Shown piece after piece: positions 1 to 14,207 of a stretch of DNA of 64,000 nt. The notes beneath the pieces were generated by a model. It was not told where the DNA came from, searched no databases, and saw only the letters and a program-made list of their open reading frames with translations. Both the position numbers and the translations under genes were made by a program. Numbering within the stretch: the first letter of the stretch is position 1; each line of letters begins with the position of its first letter. The DNA lies in the NCBI RefSeq assembly GCF_026571515.1, contig NW_026864778.1, positions 1-64,000 on the forward strand. The letters are read 5' to 3'. Source of the stretch: Ruditapes philippinarum (lineage: Eukaryota).

Positions 1-903
1 TATTTTTTGCAATTTCTAAGCGGATATAGGGGTTTCATTCTTGTTCATTTCGAGAGCACTTCAAATTTAAATATAACTGATTATTATGTAGAACATATCT
101 TTGGTAATAAGTCCTCAAACACTAAAAAGGGAGATTTAGCGGAGGTATTTCATTTTATTAGAAATCAAATATCAAGAAATTTGTTAAAGTAATAGAAAAA
201 AATAATTATGGAATTATTTGGGTTAAGATAAGCACTGGTTTGTTTAACTTTGAAGACGATGATATTGGTCAAAAATACTTAAACTTAATGATACATCACT
301 TGTTAAGCAAGCGTATTTCCTTCTTAAGTCAGACACAGATGTTGGTCGAAATTATAACGGAAAAATTGGGCTTCTTTTATTAAAGACACCTTGTCAAGTC
401 TTGGCTTTTCATATATTTGGAACAATCAGTTTGATATAGATATACCATATAATACTATTAAACAAAGATTAATTGACACCTTTCTACAAAGTTGGTATGC
501 ATCTATCAATAATTCACCAAGATTACAAACATATTGTATATTTAAACATTCTTTTGAAATGGAAAGGTATTTAGATTATGTCCAAAAAAGTAAATACAGA
601 ACTGCTTTTACTAGATTTCGAACTGCCTCCCATAATTTATTTATAGAAACTGGTAGATATGAAAACATTCCTAGAGAACAGCGATTATGTAAATCATGCA
701 ATATGAAGCAAATAGAGAGTGAATACCACTTTTTCCTTGTGTGTCCCAACTACCGAGATCTTCGAACAAAATATTTTTAAAATACTACTGCCATTGGCCG
801 ACTATGAATAAATTAAATAGTCTCTTGTCGTCAGACTCAAAGAAAACTATACGTGCCTTAGCTAAATTTTTGTATTGGGCAAATCATAAACGTATTCTTT
901 AAC
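1..903 (+). mobile_element. Degenerate, internally deleted non-LTR retrotransposon (LINE, RTE-X/CR1-group-like)
   Basis: 1-262 reads with frameshifts as an APE-endonuclease-like segment (SGGI...YGIIWVKISTGLFNFEDD). It joins directly to a LINE C-terminal region: YWSKIL...NWASFIKDTL...FRTASHNLFIETGRY...RLCKSC...IESEYHFFLVCPNYRDLR (CCHC knuckle; ORF 391-780). The RT core is missing and there is a frameshift near 360. Confidence 0.8.
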
Positions 904-1389
904 TGATATTTTTTTCTAACTGATATTTTTTCTGTAAAACTATATTGTTGATAAGTACAAGTCTTCTTTGTTCCTATATTAACTTGTATTCTTCAGAAAA
1001 CTTGTGTATTTATCTCACTGTACATGTGTATCATTGTTAATTGGCTATAAGCAAAGTATTTTATTTTATGTTTAATTTAATTCGTATTCGTATTAGCATT
1101 CTGGCCGTAAATTGATAAAAAAAAAACAGATTTATTGATGCATAAATGATTTTCATAAAAGAAATACTTTGTTTGAAATGAACAAGCTTTCAATATGAAG
1201 TTCATCTTAATATGTGTAAATATCACAAATACTGGCTGGCAATTTACGTCCTTTGTTTGCTTTGCACTTAACGTCTGTTTGAATTTTTTATATGGCAGTT
1301 CTAAGTTATTGTTATTGTTGTTTATGGATCAAATATTTCGTTTCCCGGTAAAATAGGGAGAAAATAGAATCATTAAAGAACGTCCAAAA

Positions 1390-1640
1390 CGACAAAATTG
1401 AAAATGTTGCAGGCTCGGTTTGATTGAACCTGTTCGTTGACGTTACTCGAACTTAGGTACCGTCCACGCCCCCTAGCACCGGCTTATGCAGTATTAATCA
1501 TTTAAGCATGTAATGGTGAAACTTTGAATTAAGAAATATCCACAGGAGTGTTTATACGTCGGTAATCATGAAACCTTTAATTTGTCACGTTAGTGCAATT
1601 CCATGAAAAGTGGCGTATGGTTCCCAAGTAAAAAAATGTA
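1390..1640 (+). repeat. Dispersed repeat, with inverted copies at about 13815-14044 and partial copies at about 5235-5505
   Basis: AAAATTGAAAATGTTGCAGGCTCG...GGTACCGTCCAC...CCATGAAAAGTGGCGTATGGTTCCCAAGTAAAA matches the reverse complement of 13815-14044. Confidence 0.7.
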
Positions 1641-2719
1641 TTAAATGTAATGTATTTTATCTGTGTTAGATGTATATGGAAGGAATTGACGCATATTTCG
1701 CTAAGTCATATTTAATTTCCAATCTATATCTCTGTTTTTATGTTTGAAGTTTGAATAGAGCTGACACTCAGAAATATAAAAATAAAATTACACCATTCCA
1801 AAATGTCTAGAATCATAATTGACCATTTAAATGACACAAACCTACGGATTGATTTTTCTTGATATATTTTTGTTCAGTTGATAAACCTTGTATTAGTATG
1901 TAATATGACATTACAAAATGATCTCAAATTAGTTTGGTCCGATAAATATCATCACGATAGCAAACAAAAGTTTTGTATTCATGCTCTAAAATAGCTGAAA
2001 TTGAATCCCTTTAACGTCTTTTTATTTCCGAGCTACAAGACAATACTTTCTTGAGATAAACAGTCCAGAAGAAATCTTGGAGATGCCATAAAATGAGATC
2101 TGTATTAATTGCTTATTGTAAACTTAACTCAATTCAGCGTAACGAAAACATTCCGCTCAACAGAAATAATGTTGTTATTCGAAATAATTAAATGGGAAAG
2201 TGGGTGTAGTATAGTTTTACATTTTTATCATATGTTATACTGTAGAAATGCTATAATTTCAAAATGATTCTATTTTAAGTTTATCTTTTTATTTGCATTT
2301 TTGTCAAATATTATTTATGATTACTCCATGTGCACGATTGACACAAGTAGAATACCATATTTGACTTGTACCCGGTCGTTTTTGTTTGGTGTCCTCCTTG
2401 GTTCCTTGCCGGTGGTCTTGTGTTGTTTGGAAGGGTGGGGTTGCGTTCATTCCTTGTTTTTCATATCTTATAATTTGGTGAACTATGTCCAGTATATCTT
2501 TGCTTCTAGCAATTCAATTTACACAATTCAAATAAATGTGCCAAAAACATGACATCTCATGTTGAAATGTGATGTGACCTTTAACCTTTGAATATAAACA
2601 ACGTATTACAAATCACTTTTTATAAAAGAGAAACGGAAATACTACTATGCGCGACATCTCTTGCGTAAACCAATAGATAAACCTATAGAATACTAAATGG
2701 CATTGTGAGTCATCATCAT

Positions 2720-5700
2720 TAAGTTTATAACTCGTTATGTCAAACAAGTCAATTGATTAATCATTATATGAAAGTTTATGTCCTTAAACAATCAATAATC
2801 AATTTTATATCTCGTTGAACATAAACTTCTAATACAGCATTGCATTTAGGACTGACATATATAAACCACTGTATTATGGAAATAATAACGAGAATTTATT
2901 TCCTGATACTGGAAGCATTTTGCTGTAAATGAAACTGTTTCCGACTTGTTTCCTAAAATGCTGCTAAAAATGTCTGTTTCATAATTAGCTTACGCTAAAA
3001 CAAGACACTGTGTTTATATGACTAAAACAATTGTCATCTGTAAATATTGTGAAACAAATGTTACATTACATCAGCTTAGAATCAGTGAATGTACATTAAA
3101 ACAAATTAAATATAGACTATTATTTCTTTGTTGTTGTTTTTTTTTAAAGACAAAAGATGTATATAAAATAGCAAAAGTTCACCAAACACGGCAAATATAA
3201 ATGTTGCTGCAGTGTCAGTTTGATCTATGGTTAAAAATAAACAAGTATCAAATGAAAATACAGAAGGTAACTTTCAGTACAGCATAAGTGTTAGAATGAC
3301 CTTTTCAAAAGAAGCTAGACGTTTTGGATAGCCTTAAAATTCTAAGATTTGTAAGCCTGTGAATTGATAAGTCTTGGTCGCCTCCTTAGCAGATGTATAA
3401 ACAATGAGGCACTTAATTCTTAATCTGAAATCATTACCAGAATTCGGTCGCTTTTGACTTTATCTTAAAGTAACAAAAAAGACTGGTGATTTAAACAGTT
3501 TATCAAAGAATTGCGTTGGAGTCACGGTGTAACACATTGTCTGGCTTTATTAAGGTTATTGTTAATTAAGTGTTTTTGAATGAAACATTAACGGTCTCAC
3601 GAATAAATGAAGCTTGGGAACGAACCTATCAGAATTTGATGATGTTTGTAAATAAAAGAAGATCGCACAGTCTCTTGTTTTCGATCAAAGGTTTAATACT
3701 GGTAAATGATAAATGATTTCCCTTTATTGCTTACATATCACAAATTCATTTATGCATCCTGTTTTAATATGAAATATTGCAACTATGTACATGTACAACT
3801 TATAAAAGGCAAATAGTCTGTATTCCACAATTTTATTAAGAACAATTATAATTCCTTTACGAACCCAACCTTTAACAATGAATTTTGAAATTACGGTTGG
3901 AAAAACAGTTGGATATGATCTGTTGTATATGGAATGATAATTTACAAATATGTAAACATCATGAGCATATGTTAGCAATAACTTGTTTGATTGATTGCTC
4001 CGCATACATTGTCCGTTGTTTGAACATACCCTATATAGAAATGCCATTCAGTAGTCTTTTTTTATATTAATTTTGAAATTTCAGTAAACCTAAATTTTCG
4101 ATTTGTATAAATCGATAAGATTATAGAAATATAATATGCGAAATGCGATATGATATTTTCAATAATTCATCGCGTTTTAAATTACCTGATTTATTGTTGC
4201 TGTCATGCAAACATGTTGATAAACAGATAAATGTCCCGACATACGAAAGCATTTGTATTTTTTTCTATACAACGTGATGTGATAAATTTAACATTGAATA
4301 AATATTATCGCGACAGTAATTATAATCAAAATGTACAAACTGGAATAATGTATTCTTAGCTTCTTTTCATAACTAAGATTGTTCAGTACAATAAACATAA
4401 CAAACATACATGATTTTATTCAAATATATATTCTCCGGAATTATGAATATTTGAGGTTTTCCCAGCTAATCTTGGGGTACAAACAAACTTTTACAGTTAC
4501 AGCTTCGAAATTAACTAATCTATTGTGACCGATAGTGCACCGTGAAGCTTTAACGGTAAAAGTTAATTTGTACCTGGGGATTAGCATGGGAATACCCACA
4601 TTTGCCAACCTTATAGATGAGAGCATTACATCGTAACCGTTACGTTAACAGGTGAAGCATTATGATGTGCAACACAATAATAATTATATGTCAAAAATAG
4701 TTTGTTATTTTTAAAGCAATATCTTAGGGTTTTCCATGTGAATTTAAGTCGAATAATCAAAAGGACATTGATTAGTCAATATTTTCTATAATTCCCATTC
4801 AATCGGATTAACTGTTTGCAACCCTGAATGGTTTTCTATTATTGTGATGTATTTCAGTCGGGGAGGATCACAGATTCTTATTTACTTATCCATACTCAGA
4901 CAAAAGATTCTTATTGTCATATAAGACACACACGTTTTAATGTGAGTTTTACAGCAAACAAGGGCTCTAAAAATCAGAGATGTCTCGTTCCAATCACACA
5001 ATAAGAATAATGTTTTCCAGCTATAAAAAATGATGTCAAAAGCACTCACCCTTTCCAGCTGCTAGATTATTCACAGTAAAAGAATATTATTATTATTATT
5101 ACTAATTTTTATTTGTTGTTGTTGTTTTGTTGTTTTATTTTTTTCAAATATCAAAAGATTTACCATAAATAATGTACAAAGATAGAAATAAATTATGTAT
5201 TTAGTTCTATTTAATTGTAATGTTAAATTTTGCTGAAGTCGGTGCTAGGGAACGTGGACGGTAACTTCCTATCCTTTAAAAATCGTTTAACTCGACAGTG
5301 TTTGTGGTACTATTACTTCTTCCTGTTTGTATTTTTATAGTTGGATTGTTCCAGTATTATTACTTACTTGAATACAGTACCATCACTTTTAGGGCATGCT
5401 GCCTGCTTAACCGGCGCTAGATGGTGATGGTGATGGTAACCTGCTCTTTCCAGTACTTTCCAGGCTCAATCAAACCGAGTCTACAAAATTTTCAATTTGA
5501 CCGTACTTTAAGGATTTCTTCTCTTTTTTTTCTTTCTTTCTTTTTTTCAAACAAATAATTGAGCACATGCACTCTCGTAGCTACATGATGATACTCTGCA
5601 TTGCGAAATCTTTGAATGATGTTAAATAAACATCAGATAGGTGAAACGTCACTTCAGATGTGTAACTTTGTTCTATTTCAAAGTCATGAAAATCGAAACG

Positions 5701-7530
5701 CAAATATTGAAGGCAAATTTTCTGTTATTGCTATCAACTTGGAAATGCGCATGAAACTAGAAAATAGAATCTTGAATGCCATGTGTCAGCCAGTTCAGTT
5801 ATGAAGCGATACTTTATAGCAATTTACGCTATTGCAAGAGAGGGGTATAGGGGCTTCAAACTTGTTATTTCAGGAACATTATAGATTATGAACATTGTTA
5901 AAAAACGGTTTATTGATGCATAAAAGATCCTCATAAAATACATCTTTGAAATGGACAAACCTTCAGTATTTTATTCTATTTTTTAGAGATAGCGAAGTTA
6001 GTCGATTAACAGATGTGTATATAGCATACTAGCTATTAATTTTTCTCTTGCATATGGATTTAATATTTTATCACTTATTCACTCACTCACTCACTGACTC
6101 ACAGGGTATAAAGCTATATTAAAAAGTTTTATAAAATGTATCAACAGTAAAATTATATTGGTTCCATAATCGTATGATCTATTCTCGGAAGAGTTGTAAC
6201 ATAGAATGTCTCTGTTACTTAACACTCATGAATATTGTATGTTAACAAAATAACATTTTCCGGGACAAAATATTGTTAGGGTTTTATCCATTAGCAATGA
6301 TTTCGTTCATGTGTCATTCGCTTTTATTGCAATTTACAACCATAATAATCAAACAACAATTTTACAGCAGATATATAGCTTTAAATGCTTTAAACCTGTT
6401 CAGCATTTTTACAAAAGCTAAAGTTACAGAACCGGACTTAATACTACGAATATTGTAAACTTCATATTTTGGTGAACTCTGTGATAAGTATAGATTGCTT
6501 ATAACTTCTATCAAACAACTCCACGATGTAAAACGTCATATGAAAATTAATGTCCTTAAAACGTCAGTAAAATCATTTTTATATCTCGTTTAATATTAAC
6601 TAACACAGCACTTGCACTTCTGTCTGACATAAATAATCCACTGTATTAGAAATGAAAACCAATCCTTATTTCCTGACACTGGAAGTATTTCACAGTAAAT
6701 GAAAACGCTTCCGTCTTGTTTCCTAATGTGCTGCTAGAATGTCATAATCAAACTTAACTCACCGCTATAATAGGAGCATGTGTTTATGAATGAACAATTG
6801 TCATCTGTCAATAGTGGCAAATAAATGTTGCATTACAGCAGTTTTCAATCAGTGGAAATTCACATTAAAACACTAAATATTAATTCTATTTTTTCTTATT
6901 GTGCTGTTGATTGTCGTCAAATGGGATATCATCAAAATGGTCAGAAAAGAAACACTGAAATTTACACAACGTGGCAAATATAAAGATGCTGCATGCCCGG
7001 TGATCTATATAAGACGAGGAACATTGATTATCAATCATAATCAGATGAAAGTTTAATACTAAGCATATATTTCATAGCTACATTAGTGGTGGAATGACCT
7101 TTTCAAAAGAAGACGTTTTTCATATCCGTAAAATTCTAAAATGCGTCAACTTGTGAATTGATACAGTCTTGGTCTGGTTTAATAATAATTATCCTCACCA
7201 GTTGTATAAACAATGAGGCGCTGAATTCTTAATCTGAAATCATTACCAGAAATCGGTCACTAATATTTTAGTATGTAGACAATGGTAAAACTTTATCTTT
7301 GTTCACCACAATTTTTACTTTTCTTTCTCAATGATTTCTGTAAAACATTCCAACACAGATGTTGGATAATACTTTACATGAAACTTTATACCTCAAACTA
7401 ACTCTTTGCTGTCATTTGAATCTTAAATCCGATGATGTATTCAGTAACCTATGTTCATAAATATGATTTGTTATAATTCTAAATTACAATACATCTTGCA
7501 ATGTGTGATGTTAGCGAATGTGTATTACCT
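2720..7530 (+). repeat. Tandem segmental duplication, unit 1
   Basis: Colinear with 8380-15350: 2897~8385, 3950~9370, 4530~10011, 4550~12896, 6140~14230, 7235~15060. Confidence 0.85.
2897..3450. promoter_or_regulatory. Candidate cis-regulatory module, copy 1 of 4 (others at 6667-7260, 8385-8995, 14687-15085)
   Basis: Blocks kept between the most diverged copies: TATTTCCTGAYACTGGAAG, TGTGTTTATR, AACAATTGTCATCTGT and TGTATAAACAATGAGGCRCTKAATTCTTAATCTGAAATCATTACCAGAA. These contain ETS-, Fox-, Sox-, E-box- and K50-homeodomain-like cores. The function is inferred. Confidence 0.4.
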
Positions 7531-10419
7531 AAATTACAGATTAACGTCGTGCAAACCCAATTGTAGCATTACCCAAATGTGACACTGGTAGCAATCTGTG
7601 TAGCATTAACTAAAATGTGACACTTGAAGTCATACAGTGGAACATATAGTAAATTGTGCAACTTGCGCCGATCTGTGAGACATAATATATGTATTGTACT
7701 TTGAGTAGACATTTCTCGAAGAATATAAAACAATACATTTTGTTGTATATTAAATATATGCATGTGTAATTTGAAAGTCAGCCGGCTGCTCAGACAATGA
7801 AATATTCAGAATATTTAATCAGATTTAGCTTTAATTTGAATTTCAAGGATTAATATTGAGAACTTTTTTAAATATAATAAAACGTTGGCTGTTTTTCTTC
7901 TTATATTATTTTAAAGCCATAGACATAGCTTTGAAAGTCAAACTTATGCCGAGACACAAAACAATTAGATATTTATAACAATTCAAATTCAAATTAAATA
8001 TTTTATTTGCAATATTCAGCATACAAAATGCCTTTTGCAAAGGTTGACAAACTACAATTTATACAAATCACAAATGCATCAAATGACATATAATTGTTAC
8101 ATAACATAATCGTAACATCATCGTAACAAAGCTGGAAACAGCAAGGAATAGGACATGCATTAAGCTACACATTAATTCCATTACTTGCTCTATAAGTGGA
8201 AGTTATGGAGCCAGTTTATCACAGAACCGACGTGAAAAGACAATTTAGAAAAAAAAAACGAAAAAAAAAACAGTATCATATATTAATGGTGATTAAACGG
8301 TATTAAAGTAGGAATTCGAAGCCACACACGCTGAAGAAGATCAAACTGGAAAACAATCAACCAACAAACTTGATAGCCAGAATATATTTCCTGATACTGG
8401 AAGCATTTCAAATGAATTGTTTCCGATTTGTTTCCTAAAATGCTGTTAAGAATGTCTGTTTCATAATGAGCTCATGCTAAAACAAGAAAATGTGTTTATA
8501 TGACTTAAACAATTGTTATCTGTCAATATTGTCATACAAATGTTACATTACATCAGCTTAGAAGAAACAGTGAATGTACATTGAATACATTAAATTTGGA
8601 TTATTATTTCTTTGTTCTTGTTTTTTAATTGAATGTTCTTTCAGATAAAAGATGCATATAAATTAGCAAAATGGTGTAAAAAGGAAACCCTGAAGTTCAT
8701 CCAACAAGGCAATTATAAAAGTTTCTGTAGTGTCAGTTTGGATTATATTTTAAAAAAAACACATTTATTATCAAACATGTATCAAATGAAAATACAAAGG
8801 TAATGTTCAGTTCAGCCTAAGTATTTGAACGAACTTTTCAAAAGTCATGTTTGATAGCCGTAAAACTCTAAGCTTCGTCAGTCTGTGAATTAATACAGTC
8901 TTGGTCGGGTTTTACAATATTCTTTTCTCAGTTGATGTATAAACAATGAGGCGCTGAATTCTTAATCTGAAATAATTACCATAAAACGGTCGCTAGTTTC
9001 TTCGTACATAGTCAGTAAACTTTATTTTTAAGTGACAAAAAAGGCTGGAAATTTAAACATATTGACTAGTTTTATTAGGTTTATTATTCTAAATGTACTA
9101 CGTTGCAGGGTTAACTCAAGACTCATTCAAGCCTTTATTGCTGACATGTCACAAATTCAAAAGTACATTCTTGAAGTCATTTTGTGGTTTTTAATGAAAT
9201 ATTACAATTACAAGAATGTACAAGTGCGCATTATAAAAGGCAAAGTGTTTGTATTGCACTGTTTTATTAAAAACAATTACAATTCCTTTACGGCATCAAG
9301 CTTTACCAAACAATTTGAATTTGATAAATTCTAAAAACTGTGATATAAAAATAGTATAATATACAAATATGTAAACATCGTGAGCATATGTTAGCAATAA
9401 CTTGTTTGATTGATTGTTCCGCACTTATTGTTTGTTTGAACATATCCTATAATTTTAGAAAGGTCAATCAATAGTCTATTTTTCATATTAATTTGGAAAT
9501 TTCAGTAAACCCAATTTTTTTATTTGTATAAAGCGATAAGATTATAGGAATAGTTTAAATACGATGTGAGATTTTCAACGAAAATCACCATAAACGATAT
9601 AGGTCTAGCACAACTATAAACTCATTCCGTTTAAATCACAGAATTATCGTTGCTCTCAAGCAAACATGTTTTGAAAAAATAAAGATTAACTTAACAAACA
9701 TAAATGTCCCGTCATACGAATGCATTTGTATTGTTTTCTATACAACGTAATGTGATAAATTTAACGTTGTATAAATATAATCACGACAGTAATTATAATT
9801 AAAATGCACAAACTGGAATAAGGCATTTTTAGTTCTTTTCATAACTAAGATTGTTCAATACAATAAACATAACATACATAATTTTATTCAAATAGATTTT
9901 CTGTGGAATTATGAATATTTGGGCTTTTCCCAGCTAATCTTGGTGTACAAACAAAACTTTTACAGTTACAGATTCGAAATTCAGCGCAACAGGTTGACTA
10001 ATCTATTCTGACCGATAGTGCACCGTGAAGCTATGTCGGACCGTATATGTCACGGAACGTGTGGGACATATTCGGCCCAATTTTTCACAACTGTCTGTAT
10101 GTGCCATATGCGTTTCTGCAATTTGGTAGTAAATGCCTGACCGTATATGTCAGACATTTTACACAGTAAACTAAAAATATCATCGTCGTTTTTACCTACC
10201 TTCATCAACGTTAATAATACATTATCATCAAAAACAACAACAACAACATCATCATTATCAACAACAACATCATTATTATCAATGATATATCATCATCCAC
10301 GCCGCCTTGCTTATCATTTTACCGAAAGATGACAACTGTGTCCATACATAGCGACTGGCTTTGTCGAAAATATGTACATTAATATTTATTGACTTGAAGA
10401 TAAAATATCGAAGGGAGGG

Positions 10420-11125
10420 GGATTTTAACTTTTTACTTGTCCATACGCCTTGCCTGTCTACGTGCGTCTGTCTGCCCCGGAATCTTGAGTGTTGCCCCAT
10501 AAATTTCGCGTGTAGCTTCAATAGTATTTGAACTAGGAGCATTGTCATGAAACTTACATGAGGTTTAGCTTGTCGATTACCGCAGTAATGCCTTCACTTA
10601 GTACAAATTTGAATTTATACATTTTCGCATGTAGCCAAAACAGTATTTGAGCTCAGGTATTGAAACTTTACCTGCGTATTACACAGGATATGAATTTGTG
10701 TCTTGTCAATTTCCAGCATTTACGCCAGAGTTATTGCCCTCTACTTAGTCGAAATCTACAATTTTCAACTTGTCATGCATGCTGTTGAAAAAAAAAACAA
10801 TTATAGCTAGGGTCATTAACTTTTCTATCAATGTTTGTAAGCATATAAACTGTTGTGCACGAGAGGTTTTCGTGTGGATTTGCACAGTAATGCCAGAGCT
10901 TTTGTCTTTTTCTAAGTTATAATTTGAAATTTTCACTTGTGTGGCTGACTATGTTAAAGGTATTTCAAGCAGAGTCAAGAAACCTAACAAGAATGTTGGT
11001 CAGCATATGTTGTTGTGCATCCGGGATTTCACTTATAGATTTGATTAGTGCTATCATATTTATAGCCTTTGAGTCAAGAATTTTGTATAAAAGATGGGTA
11101 GTAGGGGCATGTGTGTCCTATGGTT
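10420..11125 (-). mobile_element. Degenerate Helitron/Helentron-like non-autonomous repeat nested in the TIR element
   Basis: CGTCTGTCTG short repeats, internally repeated AGTATTTGAA/GCT...TGAAACTT units and a GGGGCATGTGTGTCCTATGG end, resembling bivalve pearl/HINE-type elements. Boundaries are approximate. Confidence 0.4.
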
Positions 11126-11570
11126 TTAAGATTTATTGCCACGTTGAAGATAATAAATTTTTTTATCTTACGCGCACAAACCCTGATTTTGATATGTACT
11201 TTACATATTACGCCGTGACTTGGATATAAGCAAATCAATTTTTTTTCTAATTATGGAAATTAAACGATTTTGAACATTTTCATAAATCATTATCTTCACT
11301 TGTAATTTTACAGTGGTGAACACGAGAGGAGAGGGTATGAATATCGTTCTGTTCACTCCACATTTATTACTTCTTATTCCTAAAACCATCAATCCATCAT
11401 GGTAATTTTTGAAATGATGATTGTACGCTTTGAAGTTTTTCGAACAAACTGTTTGACATATTTTAACATGCATTCTAACGTTTGCTTTTTGCATGTTTGC
11501 AGCATATGTGCCATTAAAGCTCGACCTCTCTTTCCATATGAATCACAGAGTATGGATGATACAGTGATAA

Positions 11571-11720
11571 GGGGTAGTGATGACATTATGGCTAAAATGT
11601 CTGCCTCTCAACCCCAGGCTTGTGGGTTCGATCCCAACTCGGGTCATGACTATGTTTCCTCATCTGACACCAGTACTGGTTAGTTCCAGGAATCGGACTT
11701 TATAGCGATTAATATTAATT
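11571..11720 (+). mobile_element. tRNA-derived SINE
   Basis: A-box-like TATGGCTAAAATGT, B-box GGGTTCGATCCC (11624-11635), followed by a GACACCAGTACTGGTT...CCAGGAATCGGACT body. Confidence 0.65.
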
Positions 11721-12551
11721 GGGAAAAAAACGTGTTTTGAAATCGAGCATATATAAATATGTTTAAACAAATAGCTCGTAGGACCAAGAAAGAAATATAC
11801 AAAACATATTTTAGTCCAAGACGAAAATATATTCTTGTTTACAGGGATATTGCAGTACGATACTCACGAAATATTTATTTATCATACACAAAAATAAATC
11901 GGTGAAATATTTGTTTATTGTATACTTTTAAAAAAAATCGATGAAACATTTGTTGATTATAGATCTACACTTTAAAACATATATCGGTGAAATATTTGTG
12001 AGGATGAGGTAAACAAGCTTAGTAAAAGACAAGAAATACGAATATTGGAACGACTGAAGTGACGCGAGTTTGAACGCCGATCTGGTTATTCTCGGAATTG
12101 AACCCACGCCCTATCGAAATTCTGTGTCCTCACTGAATATGAATATTCTTCAGAAAGGAAAGTCTGCATTAAGCATCTATTACCTTAATCAGGACGGGCT
12201 AGGACGTGGAAATTTGTTTACATCCACGTCCTTACCTAGACTTAGCCCGTCCTACTAAGTCCCTGTGCGTCCTTACAACGACTTCAGTGTTTACTTCGTC
12301 CGTGTAGTACTGAAAACAACGAGCTAAGCGAACATGAGTTCCTAAGTAATGGACATGCACAACTAAGTATATTGTTCTTACGAGACTTTCAGACAGTCAG
12401 AATATGTTTAACATGATAACAAAAAACATTTTTGTAGCGCATTTTGATTAGCCTGTTTTTTCGTATGCACGACTTAGAGAAAAAGGATCTAATGCTAGTG
12501 TTAATCACTATGACATGTAGTTTTAGCTGTAAATGCTACTGCGGCTTGTGA

Positions 12552-12552
12552 T

Positions 12553-12597
<45 letters not shown>
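12552..12597. repeat. (GCT)n(GAT)n microsatellite
   Basis: Seen directly. Confidence 0.95.
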
Positions 12598-12598
<1 letters not shown>

Positions 12599-13418
12599 AT
12601 GGTGACGATGAAGATGGCGGTTGTGTTAACGATTTCGTCATTAGGCTATGTTTTTAATAAGCGTTATTGTACATTCAAGAAAAATTAACATATGTGACAT
12701 ATTCGTTGGTATTTTCATTTTTTATGCGCAATTTGGTAAGTGACAAATACATTTTGGTGAGCATTAAATAACTTAATCAAACCGAATATGGCACATTTTA
12801 TGCTCCATATTCGGCTAAAGAGTGTGCCATATTCGACCTTATATGTCACACGTGTGCCATATTCGGTATGTGTCATATACGGTCCGACAAAGCTATAACG
12901 GTAAAAGTTTGTTTGTACCGGCGGATTAGGATAGAAAAACCCACATTTGCCGAGTTCAAGATAACATCTAATACACGAGAGCATTACACCGTTGTTAACA
13001 GGAAAAGTATGTTATTTTTAAAATAATATTTTACGGTTTTCCATGTAAATTTGAGACAAATGATCCATTGGACATTCCCTGGTCATTATTTTCTATAAAT
13101 CCCATTTAATCGGATTAACTTTTGCAAGCTGAATGGTTTTCTTTAATTGTGATGTATTTCAGTCCAAGAGACTCAGAAGGATTACAGATTCTTATGTACT
13201 CATCCATACATACTTAGACAAAAGATAGATATTCCCATATAAGACACACACGTTTTAATGTGAGTTTTACAGCGAACAAGTGCTCTAAAATTCAGAGACG
13301 TCTCGTTCACATCCCACAATATATAAGAATAATGTTTTCCATCTTTGAAATATGAAGTAAAACCATTCTGTCTTTCCTGTTTCAAGATTATTCACAGTAG
13401 AAGAGGACAGGTTTTTGG

Positions 13419-13419
13419 T

Positions 13420-13454
<35 letters not shown>

Positions 13455-13457
13455 TTT
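13419..13457. repeat. (TTTA)n microsatellite
   Basis: Seen directly. Confidence 0.95.
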
Positions 13458-14044
13458 GTGTTTTCAAATATCAAAACATGTACAACATATAAATAATATA
13501 CAAAGATAGACAATAAATTATGTAACTATTAAATTTTAAATGTTAGATTCTACTTAAGTCGTGCTAGGGTCAGCGTGGGCGGTAAGAAACTGTTGTTGTA
13601 TTTGTGGTACTTTTAGTCATTTTTGGTTGGCTTTTTTCCTAGTTGAGTGGTTATAATTGCTGTACTGTATAATCACCTTAAGGATATGGTGCCTGCTTTT
13701 TACATTTGTCTTTTGACAGCCTGTCCGTGATATGTTGACTTCAAAACCTCTAACCTCCTTTCAAAACCCCATTTTATTAAGTTTCGCCCATTGTTTTCTC
13801 GTTTAGGGTACAGGCATTCTTTTACTTGGGAACCATAAGCCGCTTTTCATGGAATGGCATTCACGTGTCACATTGAAGGTTCAATATTAAATGCCGTATG
13901 ACATATTCTGATGTTTCAAAATTCAAATTTTTATCATTTCACTTCTGCTTAAGGAGGTTCTATGGGTGTGGACGGTACCTTGCATTTTCAGTACTGTCCA
14001 TGAACAGACTTGATCAAAGCGAGTCTGCAACATTTTCAATTTTA

Positions 14045-14207
14045 NNNNNNNNNNNNNNNNNNNNNNNNNNNNNNNNNNNNNNNNNNNNNNNNNNNNNNNN
14101 NNNNNNNNNNNNNNNNNNNNNNNNNNNNNNNNNNNNNNNNNNNNNNNNNNNNNNNNNNNNNNNNNNNNNNNNNNNNNNNNNNNNNNNNNNNNNNNNNNNN
14201 NNNNNNN
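14045..14207. other. Assembly gap (N run)
   Basis: Ns. Confidence 1.

Larger units (their letters stand above)
10034..12889. mobile_element. Non-autonomous TIR DNA transposon with TGT...ACA ends and a 6-bp TSD
   Basis: TIR TGTCGGACCGTATATGTCAC / GTGTCATATACGGTCCGACA (19/20 match). TSD AAGCTA at 10028-10033 and 12890-12895. The empty site is visible in the paralogous unit at about 4541-4562 (CGTGAAGCTTTAACGGTAAAAG). Confidence 0.92.

Noticed and set aside
6672-6720. TGACACTGGAAGTATTTCAC resembles miR-183/263 and sits on a small hairpin
   Set aside because: The seed does not match, the stem is only about 12 bp and the loop length varies among the four copies. Inverted ETS-like cores explain it better.
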